Below are positions 1 through 10,215 of a stretch of DNA of 64,000 nt, piece after piece. Each line of letters opens with the position of its first letter. The stretch's first letter is position 1. The stretch is taken from NCBI GenBank assembly GCA_937123825.1, contig CAKZKQ010000402.1:922-64921 (forward strand), given 5' to 3'. This stretch comes from an uncultured Pseudomonadota bacterium (GTDB lineage: Bacteria; Myxococcota_A; Bradymonadia; Bradymonadales; GCA-2716585). The translations under genes were made by a program, and so were the position numbers. The notes under the pieces were generated by a model. The model had not been told where the DNA came from. It saw nothing but the letters and a program-made list of their open reading frames with translations, and did no database searches.

Positions 1-3000
1 GCTGCTCAACCGCTCCAACACCTACATCCAGGCCAGCGGCCTGGGCTTCGCCTCGGCCACCGGCCCCGGCGCGGGTCGCACGCGCAACAGCGGCAACCAG
101 TCCGGCACCGGCGGCGCTGGCGGCGGCGCTGGTCAGCGCTCGGCCAACGACACCTACGTGGCCCCCTACTACGGCGACCTGCTCCAGCCCGCTGAGAAGG
201 GTTCGGGCGGCGGCGCCGGCACCGGCCGCGCTGGCGGCGCTGGCGGCGGCAGCATCGCGCTGACGGTCAGCCGCGAGTTCAAGAACCTGGGCAACGTCTA
301 CGCCAACGGCAACACCGGCGGCTACGGCGGCTACCGCAACTACTACGGCGGCGGCGGCGGCGGCGGTGGCTCCATCTACATCGACGCCAACCAGCTCACC
401 GGCACCGGCTACTACTACGCCCGCGGCGGCCAGGGCGGCGGCGGTCACAGCTCCTACCGCGGCGGCGGCGGCGGCGGCGGTCGCATCCTGCTGGCCTTCA
501 ACAGCGATGAAGGCCTGACGACCAAAAACCGCCTCTACGTCGAGGGCGGCTCGGGTTACCTCGGCCAGCGCGGCGGCTACGGCACCGCGGCCTACTTCAA
601 CAAAGAGGAGAACCACCTCTACCCGAACATGTCCTGGCGCTGGGAGACGGCCAACATGCCGTACAACCTGCGCAACCTGACGCCCTACAACTCCACGCTC
701 ATGACCACCGAGGGCCCCTCGGTCCCGATCAACGTCCAGGAGACCTGTCACCTGCTCTCGAGCGTCAACTGGGACTCCCAGGCCAGCGACCTGCAACTGT
801 CTTGCGGCGCGCTGACCATGGACAGCGGCTCGCGGATCGAGTCCGGCACCCGCACGGCGACCATCACCACCACCGGCAACGTCATCCTCAACGGCTCGGC
901 CTTCATCCGCGCCCGCGTGCTGGCGCTGCTGGGCTCGGGTGACATCACCCTCAAGAGCTCCGCCAAGCTCTACGGCAACGTCAACCTGGCGGGCAACAGC
1001 CTCACGCTGGAGACCACCAGCACCCAGATCATCGCCGACGGCTACGGCTACGGCGCCGGTCAGGGTGAGGGCGCCGGTCACCACAACAACAGCGGCAACC
1101 GCTCCGGTTCGGGCGGCTCCCACGGTGGCCTCGGCAACGCTGGCTACGCCCAGGGCAACGTCCGGCCCATCTACGGCAACATCGAGGCTCCCGAGGCCCC
1201 TGGCTCTGGCGGCGGTAACGGCTCTGGCCGTGCTGGCGGCGCTGGCGGCGGCACCGTGCGCATCAACATGACCAACCAGATCTCGCTCAACGGCTACATC
1301 TACGCCCGCGGTGCCAACGGCGCCGCTGGTGGCTACCGCAACTACTACGGCGGCGGCGGCGGCGCGGGCGGCTCGGTCTTCCTCGAAACCAACAACTTCA
1401 TCGGCACCGGCCAGATCTACGTCAACGGCGGCACCGGTGGCGGCGGTCACAACTCCTACCGCGGCGGCGGCGGCGGCGGCGGCCGCGTGGCGACCTGCGT
1501 GCTGCTGGCTGGCTTCAACGGCCGCGTCCACCTCAACGGTGGCTACGGCTACCTGGCCCGCTACGCCCAGCCCGGCACCTTCTACAACAACTGTACCCCG
1601 GTCCTGCCCGAGGCGGCCACGGTCATCACCACCGGCCTGCAGACCCCCTCGGCGGGCGTCTTCGGTCCCGAGACCAGCGAAATCACTGTCGCGCAGTTCC
1701 AGGTCCGTGAGATCACCAACCGCAACCCGGTCACCATCCGCTCGATCCGCATCGACGCGGCGGGCTCGGCCGACGACGCGGCGCTCATCCGCGAGGTGCG
1801 CTTCTACCACGACATCAACGGCGACGGTCAGGTCGATGACAACGACGACCTCATCGGCACCGGCGCCTACCAGGCCGACAACGGCAACCTGACCTTCAGC
1901 AACCTCTCCATCGACATCGCGGCGGGCACGGCGACCAACTTCCTGGTCGTCTACGACCTCAACGACTTCGACTCGGCCTTCAACAACCGGACCTTCTCGG
2001 CCCAGGTCGCGCTCCAGTCGTCCTTCGACATCGTCAAGCAGGGCTCCAACAACCCCGTGCCGCTCTACGGCGCGCCGGCCAACGGACCCAGCCACCGCCT
2101 CTACGAGACGCCTCCCCCGTACGTGACCTACCTCACCCCGCAGACCGTCTCGCAGGGTGTGGAGAACTTCATCACGCTCTACGGCAACTACTTCAACGAG
2201 GCCAGCAAAGTTGAACTGAGCGACGCCAACGGCACCGACCTGACCATCGTGAGCATCTACCGCAGCGGCACCCGCATGGGCATCCGCGTCCCGGCCGATG
2301 CCCCCACCGGTCGCTACCACGTCCGGGTGACCACCCCGTACGGCACCAACACCACCAGCCGCTACCAGTTGCAGATCCAAGCGTCCTGCAACACCGGCTT
2401 CCAGGGTGTGTGCGCCGCAGGCATCGACCGTGGCAACGGCTGTGAGCCGCGCTACATCCCCGAGCAGCTCAACGAAGTCTGCGGCAACGGCGTCGATGAA
2501 GACTGCAACGGCGAAGATCTCGACTGCCGCCTGGTGGACGCTGACGGCGACGGGTTCACCCCCGCCGACGGCGACTGCAACGACAACAACCGCAACATCT
2601 TCCCCCGCGACGGTCTGGGCTGCTCAGCGGCCCGCGACGACCTCCTGATCGACGGCGTCCCCCGGGCCGTCTCGGTCTACTCGCCGGTCGAAGACGGCGG
2701 CGACACCGCCTGGACCAACGACGCCTCGGCGACCTGGTACCAAGCCGCCGCCGACACCCTGGTGGACTCCTCGGCCGTCTTCACCGAAGAGGGCGACTAC
2801 GCCGAAGTCCCCGACTCCATCCTCCTGCAGCCCTTTGGCGACACCATCACCGTGGGCGCCTGGGCCCGGATGGACAACATCCCCACCACCGGCAACCACG
2901 TGGTCTTCGCCAAGGGCCCCTCGGGCGGCGAAACCTACATGGTTTACTGGGATGCGGTGCACCGCTGCTGGGTCGGCGTCATTCAGACGACCGCTGGCCG

Positions 3001-6000
3001 CTTTGTGGTCCGCGCCCAGCGCAACCTCACCGCCCGCGCCTGGGTCAACGTCTCGCTTGTCTACAACGGCACCCAGCTCATCCTCTACCTCGACGGCGTG
3101 GCGGCTGGCTCGGTGGCCTGCAACGGCAACCTGGTCCACACCACCAGCGTCATGCGCGTTGGCGGTGGTCACGCTGGCTACCGCACCTGGATCGGCCGGA
3201 TTGACGAGGTCCTGCTCTTTGGCCGCGTGGTCACCCAGACCGACCTGGCCGACATGTGCCGCCTCAACCGCCTGCACCAGCGCAAGAACTGGGGCAACCA
3301 GGGTCCGGTGGTGCGCTTCAGCTACGACTTTGGCCCTTACGAGCACACCCAGCGCATCGGCGGCACCTTCCGCGGCCGCACGCGCATCACGGGCCGCTCC
3401 TCGATGGCCAACTTCCCCACCTTCTGCTCCATCGTCGGCACCAGCACCGGCTTTGACATCTGGGATGAGCCCTCGGGCAAACTCTGGGCCCGGTTCTGGA
3501 CCAACGGCCGCATCCCCAACTCCGGCGTCCGCCTGGAGTCGGTGGACTACGTCTCGGCCGCCTACGGCCGCATCTACCTGGGCAGCCACACCGGCGCCGG
3601 CGGCATGATGGTGCTGGACTTCCAGCGCGACACCATCGAGCACTGGACCACCGCTGGCATCTCGACCTACAGCGGCGGCATCGGCGTGGCCAACCGCGGC
3701 TTCGGCTACGGCGCCATCAACGGCAACGGCCTGCGCCTGCCCAACAACATCATCCGCAGCGTCAAGGGCTGGACCCGCAACGGCGACACCCCCTACGTCG
3801 GCGTCACCTGTGACGACGGTGTCTGGGTTGTCCGCGGCACCTCCGCCCCCTACATCGCCGCCGCCTACCTGCCCCAGTACGACACCGTCAACACCGGGGT
3901 GGCCAACACCTATCGGCTGTGGCGCGGCGGCTCGGTCTGGCCGGTCGGCGACGACATCTACTTCCGGATGTACAACGTGGACAACCGCTCCTGGGACATC
4001 GTCGCAGGCACGACCTACGTCTACAACAACATCGACGTGAACACGCCGCTGGCGACCGTGGCGCGCACGATGATGCCCTCGACCTGCCACACCGTGTACG
4101 GCACCCGCGCTCAGGGCGCGCCCTGGGGTCAGTACACCACCGCCGAGGTCAACTGGGGCGGCTCGGTCAACGACTTCGTCATCATCCCTGGCGGCAGTAA
4201 GAACCCCAACGCTCAGGGCGGCGACGACCACCGTCTGGCCTGCGCCACCCCCGGCGGCATCGTCCTCATCGACCAGGTCGATTCCCAGGGCGACAACGCG
4301 CCTTCCTTCATCACCCTGCGCGGTGAGGGCAACGGCGTGAACACCGACACCGAGAAGTTTGTCCTCCACGGCGACGTGGACGACTGCCGGGCCATCGGCC
4401 TGCGCGGCAACGAGCTCTTTGTCGGCACCCAGGGCGCTGGCGTCACTCGCCTGACCTTCGACCAGGGCGGCGACTTCGACCAGCTCGAGTTCTACACCAC
4501 CAACTCCGGTGTGGCGCTGCCGAGCAACAACATCACCGCCGTGTCCTGCGGCAAAAACGCCCTCATCGCCACCGACGACGGCGTGGCCAGCATCCGCTTC
4601 CCCGAGCCCGGCCCCTGTGACACGGGTCTGGCCGGCGCCTGCGGTGTGGGCCGTGAGTATCTGGTCGGCAACGAGATCGCCTGCGTGCAGACGGTCTTCC
4701 CCACCGGCGAGATCTGCAACAACATCGATGACAACTGCAACGGCACCGATGACGAGCACCCCGAGGCGGGCAGCATCTGCGACCGCCAGGAGCCCTTCAT
4801 CGAGCCCGCCGAGGCCCTCACCGTCAACTCGGCCGATTGCGACGGCGCGCTGGTGGTCCTGCCGACCCCCACCGTGCACGACAACACCGACCCCGAGCCG
4901 GCGCTGACCAACAACGCCCCCGGCCGCTTCCCGTTTGGCAACACCACCGTCATCTGGGAGGCCGAGGACAAAGACGGCAACACCAGCACCATGACCCAGA
5001 CCGTCACCGTGACCTTCGACGGTCAACCCGAGGTCAACGCGCTGGCCGACGTCTCCACCGAAGCCACCAGCCCCCTGGGCACGCTGGCTGACCTGGGCTC
5101 GCCCACCGGCACCATCTGCGTGCCCGGCGGCGTGACCTTCTCCAACGACGCGCCGGCCCGCTTCCCCGTTGGGGTCACCAGCGTGACCTGGACGGCGCGC
5201 GGTCAGCAGGGTCGTCCGGTGACCTTCACCCAGGACGTCACCATCACCGACACCACCCCGCCCTCCATCGAGGTGGGTGATGACCTCATCGTGGACACCC
5301 AGGGCGATGTGATCTTCCGCGCCCCGGTCCTGAGCGACAACGGCACCCCGTCCAACCAGATCACGGTGACCAACAACGCTCCCGATGAGTTCCCGACCCA
5401 GGAGTTCGTCACCGTGACCTTCACGGCGCGCGACAGCGCGGGCAACACCGCCACCGACACCCTGCGGGTCTTTGTCCGCTTCGCCACGCTGCCTCCCCCG
5501 GTCCTGACCATCACCGGTCCCGAGTCGCGCTGGCTCAACCCCCCGGTGACCATGGACGCCACCATCAGCGACACCTCCTGCACCGAGGACCCGATCGCCG
5601 AGGTCAACTCCAACGACCTGGAGGCGGACGTGACCAAAGATGGCAACATCTGGCGCGTGCAGACCGGTCGCGTCTCCGATGGCATCCACGAACTGACCCT
5701 GACGGCCACCTCGGGCTGCTCGGGCAAGACCGCCACCGCCACGCGCCTCTTTGGTGTGGACTCCGGCGGCCAGCAGATCATCTTCAGCGGGATCCCCACC
5801 CGCGACGTGGATGAAAACGACCGCACCACCTGGCCTGCGGTCTCCAACAAGGGCGTCATCGCCGCCAACGCGCTGCTGCGCGACGACCTCAGTGGCATCG
5901 CCTCCTTCCGGGCCGAGCTGATCAACATGGACAATGTTGAGCAGACCTTCACCCTCAAGGAGCAGGTCTTTGAGCAGCGCAGCGGCCAGCCCGCCACCGG

Positions 6001-7468
6001 CACCAAGGTCGCCTCGACCAACTTCTGCGGTCACGAAGAGTGCTGCACCGAAGACGGTCGCCTGAACCTGGCTGCCCTGGAGGGCATCAACTGGCAACTG
6101 CGCCTCATCATGGTCGATGTGGCCGGCAACGAGCTGGAGAACTTCTACTACTTCCGCTCGCTGGGTCTGCGCGAGGCCATCATCGCCTGGGCCGACTCCA
6201 TCGCCGCCACCGACTCCGACTCGGATCAGGCCAGCGACCTGCTTGACCGCGCCCGCATCAAACTGCTTGACTCGGTCAAGGGCTACGACAACGACATCTA
6301 CGGCATCATCTGGATCGGGGTCGAGGACGCCTTCAGCCTGGTTCGTCAGGCTCAGATCTTCGACAACAGCCTGGACTTCTCCCTGGAGGCCGACCTGGTG
6401 GCGCTGCTCGGCGCCGACTTCATGGAGGACGTGCTGGTTCGCGTGCGCAACCAGTCCCAGCCTGACGACTCCTTCGATGAGGCCGCTGGCTTCATCAACC
6501 GCTCGCGCGCCGAGCGTCAGGGCGGCTCCCCCTCGGATGCCTTCCTGGCCCTGGCCAACAGCAACTTCTGGATTGAAGAAGGCCGGATCGACGTCGAAAT
6601 CACCCAGGAGACCCGCGACAAGTTCCAGCGCTCCTACGATGTCATGGAGATTGTCCTGCAGCAGATGCAGGACTACATCGATGCCGAAGACCAACTGCCC
6701 GCACGGGACAGCGTCATCGCCATCCGCGAGGAGCTGGTCCTCTTCCAGGAGTACCAGAACACCATCGTGACCTTTAACGACATCACGCCCAGCGACCTGG
6801 AGCACATGGTGGAGTTGATGCGCTTGACCGACACCGCCGAGGCACTCAAAGACGCCGAGGACAACACGGTGTGGGTGCGCAACTGGCAGTGGTCGCTCAG
6901 CCAGATGGTCTGGGTCTACACCAACCGCGCCACCAACAACGCCTCGACCTTCCTGGGCATCTTCAACCCGCTGATCCAGCAGGCCCGCGCCCGTCTGGCT
7001 CAGGTGGACGTCTTCCGCGAAGACAAGGCCGCCGACGACTTCATGAGCTACCTCATCGAGTCCCGCTGCTTTGTCATCGGGGTCTACAACTTCACCTACT
7101 CCGACCAGCAGGTCGACGTGCCCACCTCGTGCTGCGACCTGATGCGCGAGCTCGAAGGCTACGAGCCCCGCATCCAGGTGCCTGACTTCTGCGCCGAGCC
7201 GGTCACCATCAACATCGAGCTGGACTTCGACCAGCGCGATGTGACCATCAACGTCGGCGAGACGGTGCGTTGGATCAACCGCGGCGGCATCCGCCACACG
7301 GTGACCAGCGGCGAGCCGGGCGAAATCACCCGCTCCCCGCTCGACAGTGGTCCCCTGCGCGGCGGCACGGTCTACATCCACACCTTCACGGAGCCCGGCA
7401 CCTACGTCTACTTCTCGGAGGCCGACCCCGAAGGCACCCAGGGCGCCCGCATCATCGTGCGCCCCTGA
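1..7468 (+). CDS. Giant adhesin-like Gly-rich beta-helix repeat protein, 5'-partial (over 2,480 aa). Carries a LamG/concanavalin-like domain, HYR/Ig-like modules, two MopE-type Cys-rich motifs and a C-terminal cupredoxin-fold domain that lacks Cu ligands
   Basis: The frame is open from position 2 with no stop, so the gene starts upstream of the window; the listed ORF 158..7468 is the same frame. Repeated YRNYYGGGGGGGG / GGHxSYRGGGGGGGR units. CGNGVDEDCNGEDLDC...DGDC and CNNIDDNCNGTDDEH motifs. LamG-like block NHVVFAKGPSGGETYMVYWD...LYLDGV. C-terminal VTINVGETVRWINRGGIRHTVTS...GTYVYFSEADPEG resembles a plastocyanin/pseudoazurin fold, but Ser and Asp sit where the Cys and His ligands should be. 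Uniform high GC3. Confidence 0.75.
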   Translation, partial: LLNRSNTYIQASGLGFASATGPGAGRTRNSGNQSGTGGAGGGAGQRSANDTYVAPYYGDLLQPAEKGSGGGAGTGRAGGAGGGSIALTVSREFKNLGNVYANGNTGGYGGYRNYYGGGGGGGGSIYIDANQLTGTGYYYARGGQGGGGHSSYRGGGGGGGRILLAFNSDEGLTTKNRLYVEGGSGYLGQRGGYGTAAYFNKEENHLYPNMSWRWETANMPYNLRNLTPYNSTLMTTEGPSVPINVQETCHLLSSVNWDSQASDLQLSCGALTMDSGSRIESGTRTATITTTGNVILNGSAFIRARVLALLGSGDITLKSSAKLYGNVNLAGNSLTLETTSTQIIADGYGYGAGQGEGAGHHNNSGNRSGSGGSHGGLGNAGYAQGNVRPIYGNIEAPEAPGSGGGNGSGRAGGAGGGTVRINMTNQISLNGYIYARGANGAAGGYRNYYGGGGGAGGSVFLETNNFIGTGQIYVNGGTGGGGHNSYRGGGGGGGRVATCVLLAGFNGRVHLNGGYGYLARYAQPGTFYNNCTPVLPEAATVITTGLQTPSAGVFGPETSEITVAQFQVREITNRNPVTIRSIRIDAAGSADDAALIREVRFYHDINGDGQVDDNDDLIGTGAYQADNGNLTFSNLSIDIAAGTATNFLVVYDLNDFDSAFNNRTFSAQVALQSSFDIVKQGSNNPVPLYGAPANGPSHRLYETPPPYVTYLTPQTVSQGVENFITLYGNYFNEASKVELSDANGTDLTIVSIYRSGTRMGIRVPADAPTGRYHVRVTTPYGTNTTSRYQLQIQASCNTGFQGVCAAGIDRGNGCEPRYIPEQLNEVCGNGVDEDCNGEDLDCRLVDADGDGFTPADGDCNDNNRNIFPRDGLGCSAARDDLLIDGVPRAVSVYSPVEDGGDTAWTNDASATWYQAAADTLVDSSAVFTEEGDYAEVPDSILLQPFGDTITVGAWARMDNIPTTGNHVVFAKGPSGGETYMVYWDAVHRCWVGVIQTTAGRFVVRAQRNLTARAWVNVSLVYNGTQLILYLDGVAAGSVACNGNLVHTTSVMRVGGGHAGYRTWIGRIDEVLLFGRVVTQTDLADMCRLNRLHQRKNWGNQGPVVRFSYDFGPYEHTQRIGGTFRGRTRITGRSSMANFPTFCSIVGTSTGFDIWDEPSGKLWARFWTNGRIPNSGVRLESVDYVSAAYGRIYLGSHTGAGGMMVLDFQRDTIEHWTTAGISTYSGGIGVANRGFGYGAINGNGLRLPNNIIRSVKGWTRNGDTPYVGVTCDDGVWVVRGTSAPYIAAAYLPQYDTVNTGVANTYRLWRGGSVWPVGDDIYFRMYNVDNRSWDIVAGTTYVYNNIDVNTPLATVARTMMPSTCHTVYGTRAQGAPWGQYTTAEVNWGGSVNDFVIIPGGSKNPNAQGGDDHRLACATPGGIVLIDQVDSQGDNAPSFITLRGEGNGVNTDTEKFVLHGDVDDCRAIGLRGNELFVGTQGAGVTRLTFDQGGDFDQLEFYTTNSGVALPSNNITAVSCGKNALIATDDGVASIRFPEPGPCDTGLAGACGVGREYLVGNEIACVQTVFPTGEICNNIDDNCNGTDDEHPEAGSICDRQEPFIEPAEALTVNSADCDGALVVLPTPTVHDNTDPEPALTNNAPGRFPFGNTTVIWEAEDKDGNTSTMTQTVTVTFDGQPEVNALADVSTEATSPLGTLADLGSPTGTICVPGGVTFSNDAPARFPVGVTSVTWTARGQQGRPVTFTQDVTITDTTPPSIEVGDDLIVDTQGDVIFRAPVLSDNGTPSNQITVTNNAPDEFPTQEFVTVTFTARDSAGNTATDTLRVFVRFATLPPPVLTITGPESRWLNPPVTMDATISDTSCTEDPIAEVNSNDLEADVTKDGNIWRVQTGRVSDGIHELTLTATSGCSGKTATATRLFGVDSGGQQIIFSGIPTRDVDENDRTTWPAVSNKGVIAANALLRDDLSGIASFRAELINMDNVEQTFTLKEQVFEQRSGQPATGTKVASTNFCGHEECCTEDGRLNLAALEGINWQLRLIMVDVAGNELENFYYFRSLGLREAIIAWADSIAATDSDSDQASDLLDRARIKLLDSVKGYDNDIYGIIWIGVEDAFSLVRQAQIFDNSLDFSLEADLVALLGADFMEDVLVRVRNQSQPDDSFDEAAGFINRSRAERQGGSPSDAFLALANSNFWIEEGRIDVEITQETRDKFQRSYDVMEIVLQQMQDYIDAEDQLPARDSVIAIREELVLFQEYQNTIVTFNDITPSDLEHMVELMRLTDTAEALKDAEDNTVWVRNWQWSLSQMVWVYTNRATNNASTFLGIFNPLIQQARARLAQVDVFREDKAADDFMSYLIESRCFVIGVYNFTYSDQQVDVPTSCCDLMRELEGYEPRIQVPDFCAEPVTINIELDFDQRDVTINVGETVRWINRGGIRHTVTSGEPGEITRSPLDSGPLRGGTVYIHTFTEPGTYVYFSEADPEGTQGARIIVRP

Positions 7469-7516
7469 CCCAGGGTGATAAAGACCGGCCCTGAATGCCG
7501 GTCGAACGCTCCTCAG

Positions 7517-7556
7517 AAAGCCACTGGCCATCTAGACCAGTGGCTTTTGTATTTCT
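7517..7556 (+). terminator. Rho-independent-type terminator hairpin after the giant gene
   Basis: aaagccactgg / ccagtggcttt form an 11-bp perfect stem with loop ccatctaga, followed by tgtatttcttg (T-rich), 50 nt after the stop at 7468. Confidence 0.45.
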
Positions 7557-7650
7557 TGCCTTCCATGCTGCCACAACTGGCACAGCCAGGACCGGATGAT
7601 TACACCAAGTCACCCTGGATGCAGACAGTCCCTGATGACGCGAGGTTGCC

Positions 7651-10215
7651 GTGAACTCCAACAAACCAGCCCCCCTGCCCTCCCCACTGGAGGCTGCCCG
7701 CGCGTTGCTGGCCACCGGCGACCTGGATTCGCTTGACGACAAGACCGCCTGGCAGGCGCTGCACGCGCGCGCCCAGCGCGCTCTGGTGCGCCAGAACCGG
7801 GGTCGGAGGCCTTTTGCCGAACCCCACCGGGCGTTGGCGCTCTGGGGCATCTGCTTGCCACAGGCTGGCGGTCCGGACGTGGGGCACCTGTCGTTGCTCA
7901 GCGCCACACTGGGCGCGCTGGACTTTCAAGGGTTGCAGCAGCACAGCGCCAACCTGCTGGCGGTGATCGGCGCGGCGGTGCGCCACAGCGACGCCCTGGA
8001 GCGGATGCTGGTCGAGCGCACCTTTGAGCTGCTGCGCACCCAAGAGGCCGATGCCCGAGGGATGGTCCTTGATGGGGCGCTGGGGTTGTTGCGCCCGGCG
8101 CTGCTGGAGCGATCGCAGGTGGCGCTGGACAACCTCTGGGACAAACACCATGACGCCGCGCTGCTGAGCGCCTCGGTGGTGGACGACGCGCTGGGCATCA
8201 TGACCATGCTCCAGCGCCACAGCGCGCCTCCAAGCCAGCGCTGCAACGACTGGATGCGGCGCCTTGGACAGGACGCACAGCGAGACTATCCCCGGGCGGC
8301 GCTGGGGCAGCTCATCCCATGGCTTGAAGCGACAGACCGCGAGGCGCTCCTGGTCGACTTTGCCCAGGCGCTGCTGCCCTTCCTCTACCTCCACCCCACC
8401 CGGGCGGTGCTCAGCGCCTGCATGCGCTCTTTGCGCAGTCCCCAGGATCAAGCTCGCGCGGCGCTGGTGCTGGTCAACCTCCAGGCTGCAGGGTGGCACA
8501 CCTTCCTGAAGCTGCTGCGCGACGCCCCCACCTCGTGGCGCCAGCTTGGCTGGTCCTTTTGCGCCCTCCACCCCGACTCTCCGACCGCCGCGTACTGCCT
8601 GGAGATGATGGCGGTGGGCGACGAAGAAGACCGCCACCTGGCCAGCCAGACGCTGGCCATGATGCCTGCGGCGCTGGTGAGCACTGCCCAGCTCTGGGCG
8701 CTGTTGGAGGACGAACGGCTGGAGGTGCGCGCCGCAGCGGTGACCGTGCTCGAGGCGTGGGCCACAGAGGCGCCGTGGAGCAAGGTGGCGTTGGATGCGC
8801 TGGGCAAAGAGCGGGATCCGGGTCTGGAAGCACGGCTGGCGGCGCTGTGTGAAGACCCAACCGAGCGTTTTTTGCAGGCCTGGGCCGGGTTTGAGTCGTG
8901 GCTTCAGCAAGGCACACAGGAGCCTTCTTTGCAGCACATCTGGCGCCAAGCGTTGGCACAAATGGAGGCTGCGCCGGTGACCAGCACCAGCGTGCGCCGT
9001 GGGTGGTTGGAAGCGCTGCGGGAGCATCGACTTCAACCGGCGGCGTGGGCTGCCACAGTGGCGCTGGCGCTGCGGTCGGCCCAGCACGCCCCCCACCTGC
9101 TTGGTGCGCTCCATCGCACGCTGGGAACCGCGACGCTGCCGTGCATCGAGGTGGTGTTGACCCCAAAGACGCACGAGCTTGCAGGTTCGGCCTCGGTCTA
9201 CCACTGGTACTATGCCCATGGCGGCCAGCGCTTGCAGACCCACCTGTGGGCGCTGGCGCACGATCTGGCGCCTTTGCAGGAGCGGGCCGCAGCGGCACTC
9301 TCAGAGCAAGGCCCCGAGGTCATCCCGCACGTGTTGCCCTTGCTGGAGTCTCCCCAAATCCACGGGCGCACAGCGGCGGCGTGGTGCCTGGAGCTGCTGG
9401 CACAGCCGTCCCTCTTGCCCATCTTGCACGCCGCGTTGGACCAAGAGACCAGCGCGCGGGTCAGCACCGCGCTCCAAGGGGCGTTGGAGGCCTGCACCCC
9501 AGACGACCCACATCCCGCCAGCGTCATCCCGACGGACACCAACACGGCGCTGGCCAGCTTGCGCAGCGTCTTGCACAGTCCGGCCACCAAGGCGTCCTGG
9601 GTGCATCTGTGCGGGCTGGTGGACTTGATGCGCGCTCGGGGGGATCTGGACATTGCGCTGGACTACATCCACGCCCACAACCCCGAGCGCTGGCCTGCGT
9701 CGTTGAGGGTCAGGCCGTGGGGTTGGGGGGTCTTGCCGGACCTGGCAGAGCTGGCCGCCGAGCCTGCGGCCATGGACTGGACCCCCTTTCACACGCTCGA
9801 AGGCCCCCAGGGCAAGGCCTTTCTGGCCGCAGGAGCCGATCGAAACATCCCGCACGAGGCGGTGACCCTCTTTGCAGAGGCGGTGGAGCGGTGTTGGGTC
9901 TGGTGTCGTCAACATCGGGCGCCCAGAGCGCGCTTGTCGGTCAACGTCCGGTGGACCCATCCCCATGGGCAGACCAGCGCGCTGCGGCTCTGGCGAGGGT
10001 TCGGGGTGCAACTGACTCACCTTGCGTCGTCGGCCGATGGGCCGCGACCGGCGCATGTGGCGGCGGCTTATCTGGACATCGCCTCAGAGCCCAGGCTGCG
10101 CCGCGCCTTTGTGTTGCGCGGGCACCGGGACCAGACGCTGCGGGATCCTTCGCGGCGTCTGGACCTGAAGGCGCTCATCCTAGAGCCGCTCTCTGCGCCA
10201 TCAAGCATTTCTTGA
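7651..10215 (+). CDS. HEAT/ARM-like alpha-helical repeat protein (854 aa), function unknown
   Basis: GTG start with GAGG 7 nt upstream. Leu/Ala-rich with repeated E-x-V-R-x-A-A units (e.g. LEDERLEVRAAAVTVLEAW, LESPQIHGRTAAAWCLELL). Overlapping ORFs in other frames look like high-GC artefacts. Confidence 0.5.
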   Translation: MNSNKPAPLPSPLEAARALLATGDLDSLDDKTAWQALHARAQRALVRQNRGRRPFAEPHRALALWGICLPQAGGPDVGHLSLLSATLGALDFQGLQQHSANLLAVIGAAVRHSDALERMLVERTFELLRTQEADARGMVLDGALGLLRPALLERSQVALDNLWDKHHDAALLSASVVDDALGIMTMLQRHSAPPSQRCNDWMRRLGQDAQRDYPRAALGQLIPWLEATDREALLVDFAQALLPFLYLHPTRAVLSACMRSLRSPQDQARAALVLVNLQAAGWHTFLKLLRDAPTSWRQLGWSFCALHPDSPTAAYCLEMMAVGDEEDRHLASQTLAMMPAALVSTAQLWALLEDERLEVRAAAVTVLEAWATEAPWSKVALDALGKERDPGLEARLAALCEDPTERFLQAWAGFESWLQQGTQEPSLQHIWRQALAQMEAAPVTSTSVRRGWLEALREHRLQPAAWAATVALALRSAQHAPHLLGALHRTLGTATLPCIEVVLTPKTHELAGSASVYHWYYAHGGQRLQTHLWALAHDLAPLQERAAAALSEQGPEVIPHVLPLLESPQIHGRTAAAWCLELLAQPSLLPILHAALDQETSARVSTALQGALEACTPDDPHPASVIPTDTNTALASLRSVLHSPATKASWVHLCGLVDLMRARGDLDIALDYIHAHNPERWPASLRVRPWGWGVLPDLAELAAEPAAMDWTPFHTLEGPQGKAFLAAGADRNIPHEAVTLFAEAVERCWVWCRQHRAPRARLSVNVRWTHPHGQTSALRLWRGFGVQLTHLASSADGPRPAHVAAAYLDIASEPRLRRAFVLRGHRDQTLRDPSRRLDLKALILEPLSAPSSIS

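Noticed and set aside
7200-7468. Calling the C-terminal domain of the giant protein a blue-copper (cupredoxin) protein
   Set aside because: The fold-level sequence pattern resembles plastocyanin or pseudoazurin, but the Cys/His/Met ligand positions are occupied by Ser, Asp and Gln. It is reported only as cupredoxin-like and ligand-less.
2624-7531. 1635-aa minus-strand ORF antisense to the giant gene
   Set aside because: High-GC antisense artefact. The translation is Ala/Gly/Val/Asp/His low-complexity with no motifs, and the plus-strand frame has strong domain content. The many small ORFs across 700-7500 were treated the same way.
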